Source: Terriglobia bacterium
GTDB taxonomy: Bacteria; Acidobacteriota; Terriglobia; JAJPHL01; JAPKYU01
Reading direction: 5' to 3'
Assembly (NCBI GenBank): GCA_965223005.1
Contig: CBDCVK010000010.1
Coordinates: 320,001-384,000 of the forward strand
DNA: 64,000 nucleotides
A model generated the notes under the pieces. That model was not told where the DNA came from. It ran no database searches and was given only the letters and a program-made list of their open reading frames with translations. Within the stretch, counting starts at the first letter, position 1. Each line of letters opens with the position of its first letter. Below are positions 1 through 9,146 of the stretch, one piece after another. A program made the translations under genes and the position numbers.

Positions 1-1224
1 GCCCTGGCTTTTGACAGCAAAGGGAAGCTCCTGCTCGGCACCGGTAACCAAGGGAAGATTTTCCAGATCGACTCCGAGCACCTCTACACCAGCCTGCTGA
101 AAGCGGAAGCCACTCAGATCACCGCCTTCTTGCAGACCCGCAGCGGCGCGCTTTACGCCGCGAGCAGCAATCTCGGAAGGGTGCTGGAAATTAGCAGCGC
201 CTACGAGGCCGAGGGATCCTTCGAATCGGAAGTGTTTGACGCGCGCCATTTTGCGCGGTGGGGACGCGTCTTCTGGGAGGGGGAAACGCCGGACGGCTCC
301 AGCGTGACGGTGTTCACCCGCTCCGGTAACGTGGACAACCCGGACCGCAACTGGAGCCCCTGGTCGCCCGCCTACCGGTCACCCGGAGAAATCAGCAGCA
401 GCCCCGGGGCGCGCTTCTTGCAGTGGAAGGGCGTGCTAACCTCCGGTCAAGGCAAGCGGACCTCGTTGCTGGACAAGGTAGAGATCGCTTACTTTCCTAA
501 GAATTTGACGCCGATCATCGACCGCGTGGAGCCTACCCCGGCCGGCTACCGTTTTCAAGCCAGGGCGACCGCAGCCCGCAAAGCGGTGCAGCGGCTCACG
601 CTGCCACCGTTGAGCCCGAGGAGGCAGAAATCCCCAACCCCAGCCAAGCCGCGCATCTCACCCCCCACCCAATTGGTGCGAGAAAAGGGCGCCCAGGGGG
701 CGCGCTGGGCTGCCCGCGACACCAACGACGACACCCTGATCTATGCTCTATACATCCGCGGCCGGGACGAAGGAACCTGGAAGCTGCTGAAAGACAAGCT
801 CACCACCCAATTCTACTCGTGGGATTCCACCGCGTTTCCCGATGGTGCCTACTACGTCAAGGTGGCGGCTTCCGATGCCCCTTCCAACTCCGAACAGGAT
901 GCGCTGACGACCGAGCGCGAGGCCGGGCCCTTCGTGGTGGACAATACGCCCCCGCAAATCGCGGAGCTGGAAGCGAAGGCCGCCGACGGAAAGCTGCGGA
1001 TCCGTTTCCGCGCCACCGACGCCCTCTCCCCGATCCGGAAGGCTGAGTACTCACTGGATGGCTCGGAATGGCAACTGGTGCTCCCACTCGACCAGCTCTC
1101 CGACTCGCTGCAGGAACACTATGGGTTCACCCTGCAAGGCAACACGTCAGGGGAACATACGATCGCGGTGCGGGTCTACGACCGGATAGAAAATCTCGCC
1201 GTGGAAAAGATTGTACTGCGGTAG
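1..1224 (+). CDS. 5'-truncated beta-propeller/Ig-FN3-like extracytoplasmic protein (conserved hypothetical)
   Basis: Frame is open from base 1 (ALAFDSKGKLLLGTGNQGKIFQID, propeller-blade-like). C-terminal WDSTAFPDGAYYVKVAASD and VDNTPP...AEYSLDG segments look like Ig/FN3 modules. Confidence 0.6.
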   Translation, partial: ALAFDSKGKLLLGTGNQGKIFQIDSEHLYTSLLKAEATQITAFLQTRSGALYAASSNLGRVLEISSAYEAEGSFESEVFDARHFARWGRVFWEGETPDGSSVTVFTRSGNVDNPDRNWSPWSPAYRSPGEISSSPGARFLQWKGVLTSGQGKRTSLLDKVEIAYFPKNLTPIIDRVEPTPAGYRFQARATAARKAVQRLTLPPLSPRRQKSPTPAKPRISPPTQLVREKGAQGARWAARDTNDDTLIYALYIRGRDEGTWKLLKDKLTTQFYSWDSTAFPDGAYYVKVAASDAPSNSEQDALTTEREAGPFVVDNTPPQIAELEAKAADGKLRIRFRATDALSPIRKAEYSLDGSEWQLVLPLDQLSDSLQEHYGFTLQGNTSGEHTIAVRVYDRIENLAVEKIVLR

Positions 1225-1267
1225 AAGCAGATTCCAATTTCTACGACAGAAGCCTACGGTAGGGATC

Positions 1268-1579
1268 TCAAGCCCCTGTGCTGGCGGTGATCTTCTGAAT
1301 CCGCAGCCGAACGCTGTTGTCCAGCGGTTCGAAGGCGATAGCCGAGCCGATGGTCGGCTGGCCGTAGAGAATCTTCCCTGGGATTTCCAACGACCCGCCG
1401 TCGTCTTTCACTTTCAGCGCCCCCCGCGATCCCTCCTCCAGCGGAACCAGCGTGTCCACAAAGCAGCCGCCTTCGCTGATGTCGGTGAGCCGCACATCCC
1501 AATGCACATCTTCGTCGCGGCACCATATCTGAGCCTCGACCAGCCAGGAGATGCGTGCGTGTTGTCTTTTGTCGGACAT
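1268..1579 (-). CDS. Stand-alone PilZ domain protein (c-di-GMP receptor)
   Basis: RQHAR (RxxxR) and DISEGG (DxSxxG) motifs in 103 aa. Confidence 0.85.
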   Translation of the reverse strand: MSDKRQHARISWLVEAQIWCRDEDVHWDVRLTDISEGGCFVDTLVPLEEGSRGALKVKDDGGSLEIPGKILYGQPTIGSAIAFEPLDNSVRLRIQKITASTGA

Positions 1580-1701
1580 GATTCGTTGCTAGGCTAGCAC
1601 AGGCCGCGAACGGAAAAAAGAGACTGCCGTTCCGCCCTGCCTAGCATTCGACCACGATTCCCGGAAAGGGGAAAGGTCGCGGCGGGCGTCAGGCCCGAAA
1701 A

Positions 1702-2559
1702 TCACGAGCGCGCGGATTCTTTGGAGAGAACCGGCAGACGCAGGTCCCATGCCAGTCCCACGGCGCTTAGCAGACGGATGAACCAGTAGGTGGGATCCAA
1801 TTCCCAAGCCTTTAATCCGTGCCGGGCCGAAGTGGGAAACGCGTGGTGGTTGTTGTGCCACCCCTCACCGTAGGACAACAGCGCCACCCACCAGGAGTTG
1901 GTGGAGAGATCATTGGTAGGGAAACTTTGGTATCCAAATCCATGGCTGGCTGAATTCACTAAAAAGGTGCAGTGATAGGTCAACACTAAGCGCACGAACA
2001 CCCCCCACACCACGAAAGGCCATCCGCCCAGGACGTAAAGCAGCAACGCCAGTATGACTGCCAGCCAGGGATACATCCGCGCCAGGAAGCCGTAGAACGG
2101 CACGCGCAGCAAGTCGGGCACGTAGCGCTCGTTGAGGTCTTGCGAAACTTCGGGAGGATGGTCCCAGAATATCCAGAACACGTGACTCCACCAGAAACTC
2201 TGGCGAGCGTTGTGGGGGTCTCCCTGCTGGTCCGGATACTGATGGTGCTGGCGATGATGAGTGACCCATTCGATCGGTCCCCCGTGCAGGGAGAGCGAGC
2301 CGAACAGAGCCAGAGCGTATTCCAACGCGCGCGGACACCGGAACGACCGATGCGTGAGGAGGCGATGGTAACCCACGCAGATCCCTAGCCCGCCGAGGAC
2401 CCAGTGGAGCAGGAAGCAGACTGCCACCGCTGCCCAACTCGTATGCCACAGGGCACCAATCGCTCCGAGGTGGATTCCCAGGACAATGGCAGCTTTTTCG
2501 GGAGAAAACCGCTCTCGAGTTGCGGGCACCGAACTCAACAGCGTGGCCGTGTTACTCAT
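1702..2559 (-). CDS. Delta-9-type fatty acid (acyl-CoA/acyl-lipid) desaturase
   Basis: His boxes HRLLTH, HRQHH, GEGWHNNHH. Start placed at ATG 2559. Confidence 0.92.
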   Translation of the reverse strand: MSNTATLLSSVPATRERFSPEKAAIVLGIHLGAIGALWHTSWAAVAVCFLLHWVLGGLGICVGYHRLLTHRSFRCPRALEYALALFGSLSLHGGPIEWVTHHRQHHQYPDQQGDPHNARQSFWWSHVFWIFWDHPPEVSQDLNERYVPDLLRVPFYGFLARMYPWLAVILALLLYVLGGWPFVVWGVFVRLVLTYHCTFLVNSASHGFGYQSFPTNDLSTNSWWVALLSYGEGWHNNHHAFPTSARHGLKAWELDPTYWFIRLLSAVGLAWDLRLPVLSKESARS

Positions 2560-2709
2560 GGAGTTCTTTCCGGCAATCGAGCCCGGCAATCAAACAAGTC
2601 CATCAGGATACTTGTTTCCTATTGATTCTGCAAGTCTTTGCCACCCGTCCTGCGAACCTACGTTCGGCTACGTCGCTTTGCTCGATAGCTAGCAGCCGCA
2701 GAAACGGCC

Positions 2710-2732
2710 GCCGGGGTTTCGCCCCGGCTTTT
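2710..2732. terminator. GC-rich hairpin (gccgggg-tttcg-ccccggc) downstream of the TPR gene
   Basis: Perfect 7-bp stem, followed by a T-run on the + strand. Confidence 0.4.
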
Positions 2733-2755
2733 GGGCTCTGCCCAGATCGTACGCA

Positions 2756-3966
2756 TCACTTCTTTGGGTTCTTCTGGGCGTGTTTGGCGCGGATGGCCTG
2801 GGCGCGGGCCTCCATTTTGGCCGCCTCGGCAGCGCGCTTCGTTTTCCGCAGCAGATCCGCGTAGTTCTCCAGGGTCGTGGCCACGGTGGGATGCTCCGGC
2901 CCCAGGACCTTCTCTTCAATCGCTAGCGTGCGCCGGTAGAGCTGCTCGGCTTCGACGTAATTGCTCTGGGCGTAGTAGAGTGCCGCTAGGTTGTTGAGGC
3001 CGGTGGCGATGTTGGGATGCTCCGGCCCCAATGCCTTCTCCCAAATCGCCAGCGAGCGTCGGTAGAGGGGCTCGGCCTCGGCGTACTTGCCCTGGGCATG
3101 GTAGAGTCCCGCCAGGTTGTTGAGGTCCGTTGCAACGCCCGGGTGCTCCGGTCCCAGGGCCTTCTCATCTATCGCCAGCGCCCGCTGATAAAGCGGCTCA
3201 GCCTCAGCGTACTGGCCCTGGGCCTTGTAGAGCCCCGCCAGGTTGTTGAGGCTCTGAGCTACATCGGGATGGCCCCGTCCCAGGGCATTTTCGCGGATCG
3301 CCAGCGCCCGTTTGTGGAGCGGCTCGGCCTCGGCATACTGGCTCTGCGCGTCGTAGAGCAACGCCAGGTTGTTGAGGCTGGTGGCCACGTTGGGATGCTC
3401 CGGCCCCAGCGCCTTCTTCACAATCGCCAGCGCGCGCCGGTAGAGCGGCTCGGACTCGCCGTACTTGCCCTGGGCCTGGTAGAGTCCCGCCAGGTTGTTG
3501 AGGCTGGTCGCTACGCTGGGATGCTCCAGTCCCAGGGCCTTCTCCTTAATCGCCAGCGAGCGCCGGAACATCGGCTCGCCTCGGCGTATTTGCCCTGAGC
3601 CTGGTAGAGCCCCGCCAGGTTGTTGAGGCTGGCGGCCACGTTCGGATGCTCCAGCCCCAGGGCCTTCTCCGCAATCGCCAGCGCCCGCCGGAAAAGCGGC
3701 TCGGCCTCGCCGTACTTGCCCTGGGCGTTATAGAGCATCGCCAGGCTGTTGAAGCTCACGCCCACGCGAAGGTCTTGCTCTCCGAACTCTTCGGCCTCCC
3801 TAAGCGCAGCCGCGAACTGTTTCTGAGCCTCGGCGTACTGGCATTGCTGATAGGCTTCCGTGCCCGCCTTCATGTACTTCTCCCAGGCCGTGTCATCGGC
3901 CACGGCGCAGGAGGCCACACACACTGCTCCCAACACCAGCAGCCAAACAGTTCTTGTTGTCGTCAT
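2756..3966 (-). pseudogene. Exported tetratricopeptide-repeat protein (kinesin-light-chain-like 42-aa TPRs) split by a 1-bp frameshift near 3578
   Basis: Signal peptide MTTTRTVWLLVLGAVCVASCAVA. Repeats SLNNLAxLYxAQGKYxEAEPLYxRALAI. One repeat reads cggctcgcctcggc where sister repeats read cggctcggcctcggc. Confidence 0.8.
2860..3760 (-). repeat. 126-bp coding tandem repeats (about 7 TPR units)
   Basis: Recurrent gccaggttgttgagg motif at 126-bp spacing. Confidence 0.85.
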
Positions 3967-4078
3967 CGCGGGCTCCCAGGGAGAGACGTAGGGCACCCGA
4001 TTCCCCCTTGGGCGAATCATACTCCAACTCAGCAATGCGGGCCTCCCCCCGGTCATCGGGCGGTGGCGTAAAATAGAA

Positions 4079-5941
4079 GTGATGGTTTCCCCGGAGAAAA
4101 TTGCCGGCTTGCCCGCCGCGCCGGGCGTGTACCAGTTCCTGAACGCTGCCGGCCAAGCCATCTACGTGGGCAAGGCGAAATCGCTGCGGCACCGTGTCCG
4201 CAACTACTTCGTGGAAGGGAAGGCTGAGAACGCCAAAACGGACTCACTGCTGCGGGACGCGGTAGAGGTCCACTACATCCTGGTGGACAACGAGCGGGAA
4301 GCGCTGGCACTGGAGAACAACCTGATCAAGCAGCTTCAGCCGCGTTACAACGTCCTGCTGCGCGACGACAAGACTTACCCCTACATCAAGCTGACGGCGA
4401 AGGAAAAGTATCCGCGGGTGTATGTAACCCGCCGCCTGAAGAAGGACGGCTCCGCTTATTACGGCCCCTACTTCCCGGCGCACCTGGCGCATCGGCTCGT
4501 GCACTTCATCCACCGCTGTTTCCTGGTGCCGTCCTGCACAGTGGACCTGACCCGGGCCCACCCGCGCCCCTGCTTGCAGTATCACATCCATCGCTGCCAG
4601 GGCCCCTGCGTGCCAGGACTCACCACCGACGAGCGCTACGCCGAAGGGGTGCGCGATGTGCGCCTGTTCCTGGAAGGGCGCTCGGGCGACCTGCTGGAGA
4701 GCCTGCGCCAGCGAATGCTGGAGGCCTCCGAGCAGCAACAGTTCGAGCAGGCGGCCGCCTATCGCGACCTGGCAACCACGGTCGAGGACCTGCACGAGCG
4801 CCAGAAGATGGCCGCTGCCCAGGGCGACGACATTGACATCTTCGGTTTCTACCGCGAGGGCGCGCTGGCCGCCCTGAACCTGTTTCACCTGCGCAAGGGG
4901 CGCATCGTGGACCGCCGCGAGTTCTTCTGGGAGGATCTGCCGCCCGAAGAGGATGCCGAGGATGCCGAGAATGCCGAGGGCGCCGAACACGCCGCTGGCT
5001 TCAGCGCCTCGCACTTCTTTGCTTCGCTGCTCAAGCAGATCTACCTGGACCAGGAGTTCGTCCCCTCGTCCATCCACGTTCCGGTGGACTTCGACGACCG
5101 CGAACTGCTGGCCGAAGTTCTGTCGGAGAAGAAGGGGCGCCGGGTGGAGATGCACACCCCGCAGCGCGGCCAGAAGCGAGCGCTGCTGGAATTGGTCGAA
5201 AAGAACGCCCGCCACAGCTTCGACCAGCGCTTTCGCGTGCTGAAGCCCTCCTCAAAAGCCATCGCCGAAGCGTTGCAAGAGGGACTCGGCCTGCCGGAAC
5301 CGCCGCGACGCATCGAGTGCTTCGATATTTCTCACGTGCAGGGCTCCGACACCGTGGGTTCCATGGTGGTCTGGGAAGAGGGGAAGATGCGGAAGGGGGA
5401 GTACCGCAAGTTCATCATCCGCACGGTGGAGGGCAGCGACGACTTCGCCAGCATGCGCGAGGTGGTGGCCCGCCGCTACCGGCGCCTCCAGGAGGAGCAG
5501 AAGCCGCTGCCGGGGCTGGTGCTGGTGGACGGCGGCCTGGGCCAGCTCCACTCCGCCGCGGCCGCGCTGGAGCAATGCGGCATCATCAACCAGCCGCTGG
5601 CGGCCATCGCCAAAAAGGAGGAGGTCATCTACGTGTACGAGCAGGAGGACGAGCCGGTGGTGTTGGACCGCCACTCCCCCCTGCTGCACCTGGTACAGAT
5701 GGTTCGGGATGAGGCCCATCGCTTCGCCGTCAGCTTCCACCGCCACCGCCGGGAGTCTCGCCAGCTGACCACCGAGCTACTGGAGATTCCCGGCATCGGC
5801 GAAAAGACAGCGCGCAAGCTGCTCCAGCAATTCGGCAGCCTGCAGGCGTTGCGGCAGGTCTCCGAGGAACAACTGGCGCGGGTGGCCGGCCGTGCCCAGG
5901 CAGCACGGATTTTCCAGCACCTGCACGGTCCCGCTGGCTGA
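4079..5941 (+). CDS. uvrC: Excinuclease ABC subunit C
   Basis: GIY-YIG N-terminus (PGVYQF...IYVGKAKSLRHRV), RIECFDISH, LVDGGLGQ, RDEAHRFA, C-terminal HhH IPGIGEK. Confidence 0.97.
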   Translation: MMVSPEKIAGLPAAPGVYQFLNAAGQAIYVGKAKSLRHRVRNYFVEGKAENAKTDSLLRDAVEVHYILVDNEREALALENNLIKQLQPRYNVLLRDDKTYPYIKLTAKEKYPRVYVTRRLKKDGSAYYGPYFPAHLAHRLVHFIHRCFLVPSCTVDLTRAHPRPCLQYHIHRCQGPCVPGLTTDERYAEGVRDVRLFLEGRSGDLLESLRQRMLEASEQQQFEQAAAYRDLATTVEDLHERQKMAAAQGDDIDIFGFYREGALAALNLFHLRKGRIVDRREFFWEDLPPEEDAEDAENAEGAEHAAGFSASHFFASLLKQIYLDQEFVPSSIHVPVDFDDRELLAEVLSEKKGRRVEMHTPQRGQKRALLELVEKNARHSFDQRFRVLKPSSKAIAEALQEGLGLPEPPRRIECFDISHVQGSDTVGSMVVWEEGKMRKGEYRKFIIRTVEGSDDFASMREVVARRYRRLQEEQKPLPGLVLVDGGLGQLHSAAAALEQCGIINQPLAAIAKKEEVIYVYEQEDEPVVLDRHSPLLHLVQMVRDEAHRFAVSFHRHRRESRQLTTELLEIPGIGEKTARKLLQQFGSLQALRQVSEEQLARVAGRAQAARIFQHLHGPAG

Positions 5942-6026
5942 GCGGGTTGCGCCGCGCTTCCTCGTTTTCGGTTTCCGCCGAAGGCGAACCGTGCTAACAT
6001 CGCGTCGCTGGCAATGGGAGGTTCTT

Positions 6027-6326
6027 ATGGCAGATAGCGATGGGAAATTCGGTTGTTTCCTGGTCGGGGTAGGGATGGGTATCGTGATTGGTATTCTGTA
6101 CGCTCCTCGGACCGGAGAGGAGACCCGCGAGCTACTCACCCACAAGGCCGATGAAGGGCGCGAGTTCGTCAAGCGCCGGAGCCGCGAACTGCGCGATCAG
6201 GCCGACGACTACATCGCCAAAGGTAAGGAGACAGCGGCGCGGCAGAAGGAGAATCTTCAGTCGGCGGTGGATGCCGGTAAGCGAGCCTACCGCGATGCCA
6301 GCGAATCTTCCGGTTCCAAGAACTGA
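6027..6326 (+). CDS. YtxH-domain protein
   Basis: FLVGVGMGIVIGILYAPRTGEETRELL signature; GGAGG SD upstream of ATG 6027. Confidence 0.9.
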   Translation: MADSDGKFGCFLVGVGMGIVIGILYAPRTGEETRELLTHKADEGREFVKRRSRELRDQADDYIAKGKETAARQKENLQSAVDAGKRAYRDASESSGSKN

Positions 6327-6338
6327 GGTTGCCCTCGG

Positions 6339-6839
6339 ATGGAAGCTCCCCTCTGGCTAGAAATCTACGTCGTGGTGATCGGCCTGGCGGTGGTCCTGCA
6401 ACTGGGTGTGCTGATCGGCATGTATCTGGGTTTCCGCGATCTCCAGGTGCGAGTGCAGGGTTTGCTGGATCGCGACCTGCACCCTTTGCTCGTTAGCGCC
6501 CGGTCCCTAGTGGAAAGCACCCGCAAGGAGGTGGGCCGGCTTAGCGAAACAGCGGAGGAGCTGTCCAGGGCAGCCCGAGCCCAAGTGGGCAAGGTCGATG
6601 AGGTGATGAGTGAAGCCACCGACCGCACCCGCCTCCAGGTGGTCCGTGCGGATCAGCTGGTTGCAGATGTCTTCAACCGGATCGAACGAAGCGTAGAGTT
6701 TATGGAGAAGAGCCTCGGGCGGCCGGTGCGGGAGCTAGAGGCATTCCTGCATGGCCTCCGCGTCGCCATGGACCACCTGGTAGGCCGCCGGCGCCGGACC
6801 CCGGAACGCGCTACGCAGGACGAAGAACTTTTCATCTGA
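6339..6839 (+). CDS. Membrane-anchored coiled-coil protein (DUF948/YoxC-like)
   Basis: N-terminal TM helix followed by a helical region; directly downstream of the YtxH gene. Confidence 0.6.
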   Translation: MEAPLWLEIYVVVIGLAVVLQLGVLIGMYLGFRDLQVRVQGLLDRDLHPLLVSARSLVESTRKEVGRLSETAEELSRAARAQVGKVDEVMSEATDRTRLQVVRADQLVADVFNRIERSVEFMEKSLGRPVRELEAFLHGLRVAMDHLVGRRRRTPERATQDEELFI

Positions 6840-6984
6840 GCTGACCTTTTTCAGGCCCGCATCCTCCGAGCAGCCTCACGCACCTCCGCCCCGCCAGACG
6901 TTGATCTGTTGGCTTGGATTTCTACCGAGGCTCAACAACTTCTTCTGATGCAGAGAGGGCGCTCTGGGACCGAAGACTGGCGGT

Positions 6985-8844
6985 TCAGGAAACGACTCGC
7001 AGGGGTTCCTGGGCTCGGGCTCGCGGGTCGGGCCGGGGCGGCGTGTTGTGGTCAGGAAGGTCTTTGTTGTCCGCGCGGAAATATTGCAAGTAATGAGGCT
7101 TCACTGAAGCGATCAATTCTTTGCGGGTCTTGGTCTTCAGCGGCTTGCCGATGTAAATCTTTCCCATCCAGGCCAGCAACTTCTCCGGGACAGCCCCGGA
7201 AAACATCCACAACGGCCAGGTGAAGTTCGGCCCGTTGAGCCGCCGCAGCTTGTAGAGCCACATGCCGATGGAACCCACGCGCCAGGCGGTGGGACCCCAC
7301 CAGCTATACAGGGCCGGCCGCAGGTCAAATTTCCAGCACTTCAGGATGAGCTGCCACTGCAGCGGAGTCAGTTCCTGCGTTTGGGTCACGCCCATGGACG
7401 CCTCCAAGCGGGTATCGTGCAGAGGCGTGAAGATGGAAGGCACCAGAATGGCGAACAAGCCGCGTCGCTCCATCTCATAGACCAGGTCCAAAGTGGCCAT
7501 CACGTCTTCATCGGTCTCGCCGGGGCTGCCCACGATCAGCGTCATCACCGGAAACCAGTTGTTTTCGTTTGCAACCCGGAGACCTTCCAGTACCACGCTG
7601 GGCCAGTCTTCGATGAAAAACGGCACGCCCTTGCTGGGCATGATCTTCTTGGCCATGCGGACCGAGCCGGTCTCCAGGCCGATCAGCGGGGAGATCGCCT
7701 TCTTCTGCGGGTGGGTGCTCAAGAGCGGCAGATGAATGGGACTTTTCGGCAGCAGAATCTCGGAAAGCTTCTTGATTAAGAGTGGATCCACCACGAAGGG
7801 CGCCATCGTGCAATGGCTCAAGACATGATTTTCGACACCCGGGGTGTTTACGATCTCACCGTACAGATCCAGCAACGCCTCGCGGTTGGGGAAGAAGAAG
7901 GGCGTCTCGGTCCGGATCTGTCCCCAAATGAACATGTCTTCCGTGGCCAGCGAGATCTGATTGTTGCCGTCCCGGACGTTGGCCTGCACGGCGGTCATGA
8001 TGTTCTGTTTGGGAATGTCCAGTGCCGGATTCAAATCGGGTAGGCAGAACTGGCAGCGGCGGCCACAACCGGTGGTCATCTCGACCACGCCAAAGGTTGT
8101 TCGGGCGTCTGGAGTGAGAATCTCGTCGCGGGCCATGGGATGCGCCACCTCCACCTGACGTGGCAGCGCCTCACCGCGAATCGCTTGGTGGAACAGGGCC
8201 AGCGTGTTGGTTGATTCGCTGCGGCCATCCACGACGCTATCTACGCTCAACTCATCATAGCTGTTGGTTTGCGCGATCTGCCATCCGCCCGAGCCGCCGA
8301 CAATCACCTTGAACTTGTCCCGGTGAGAGTTCTCCTTGATCTTGTAAAAGAGCTGTTTGGCGTAGTGGGAGTTAATCGGGGACCGCGAGGAGCCGAAGAT
8401 GGAGGCGTAGACGCCGGCGGCGAAGGTCACCCCCAGGGGATTGTGGGTCGAGACCGCCACGATACGGGTATTGGGGCCAATGAACTTCTCCAGGTCGTCC
8501 GGGTAACAGGCCACCATGTCTTCCCGGGGGAACTCCCGTAGCAGTGACTTCTCCAGCAGCCGGACGCCTGCCGGCATGTAACGTGCCGTGCCATCCTCGT
8601 TGTACTCCACGTCCCGCCAGTTCGGGTACTTGCGGTTCAACACAAACTCCATCCAGATCGGCATGGAGGCCATGGCCATCTGGATGAAGTAGCCGGCGTG
8701 GTCGATGGTTTCCGTTAGCGGCGCGGTCAGGACGATCAGCTTGCCGCTGTGGTTCCCGTCGGCGCCCGGCCCATTGCTTCTCAGTTCCGGTGTCTCCCGG
8801 CCATGTGGCACAGCGTTCGGTGTTTGAGGCGGTGTTTCAGCCAT
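6985..8844 (-). CDS. Radical SAM protein with N-terminal B12-binding-like domain, resembling the GDGT ring synthase (GrsA/B) family
   Basis: CGRRCQFC (CxxxCxxC); KVIVGGSGGWQ; GLETGSVRMAKKIMPSK; IVGSPGETDEDV. Confidence 0.8.
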   Translation of the reverse strand: MAETPPQTPNAVPHGRETPELRSNGPGADGNHSGKLIVLTAPLTETIDHAGYFIQMAMASMPIWMEFVLNRKYPNWRDVEYNEDGTARYMPAGVRLLEKSLLREFPREDMVACYPDDLEKFIGPNTRIVAVSTHNPLGVTFAAGVYASIFGSSRSPINSHYAKQLFYKIKENSHRDKFKVIVGGSGGWQIAQTNSYDELSVDSVVDGRSESTNTLALFHQAIRGEALPRQVEVAHPMARDEILTPDARTTFGVVEMTTGCGRRCQFCLPDLNPALDIPKQNIMTAVQANVRDGNNQISLATEDMFIWGQIRTETPFFFPNREALLDLYGEIVNTPGVENHVLSHCTMAPFVVDPLLIKKLSEILLPKSPIHLPLLSTHPQKKAISPLIGLETGSVRMAKKIMPSKGVPFFIEDWPSVVLEGLRVANENNWFPVMTLIVGSPGETDEDVMATLDLVYEMERRGLFAILVPSIFTPLHDTRLEASMGVTQTQELTPLQWQLILKCWKFDLRPALYSWWGPTAWRVGSIGMWLYKLRRLNGPNFTWPLWMFSGAVPEKLLAWMGKIYIGKPLKTKTRKELIASVKPHYLQYFRADNKDLPDHNTPPRPDPRARAQEPLRVVS

Positions 8845-9146
8845 GGAGTCTCTGCCAAGCTTGAAATTGGCGACGACCCTCTAAACGGCTTATAGTGCGC
8901 GAGTCCCGCGTGAAATACAAGTCCAAAAACCCGAACGGGGGAAACGGCTCTGTGGACTGTTATGGAACCTGCCGCAGTGAGCCACCAACCTTGGCACTTG
9001 CGGGCACGCATCGGCCTGCTGCCCGCCTTGCGCAATTCCGAGCGGGCTCTTTCCGCTCTTCGCCATCTGCGTATGTGTGTTAGTCTCGGTTTAACGGCAC
9101 GCTGTTGAACTGCGCACCCAAGGGGGCCAGAAAGCGTCCGGTCATC

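Noticed and set aside
2860-3760. Regularly spaced repeats as a CRISPR array
   Set aside because: The units are 126-bp coding TPR repeats with no unique spacers, and no cas genes are present.
8895-9083. 62-aa ORF as a RiPP precursor for the radical SAM enzyme
   Set aside because: No RBS, it is divergent from the enzyme, the enzyme lacks SPASM/RRE features, and there is no transporter or peptidase nearby.
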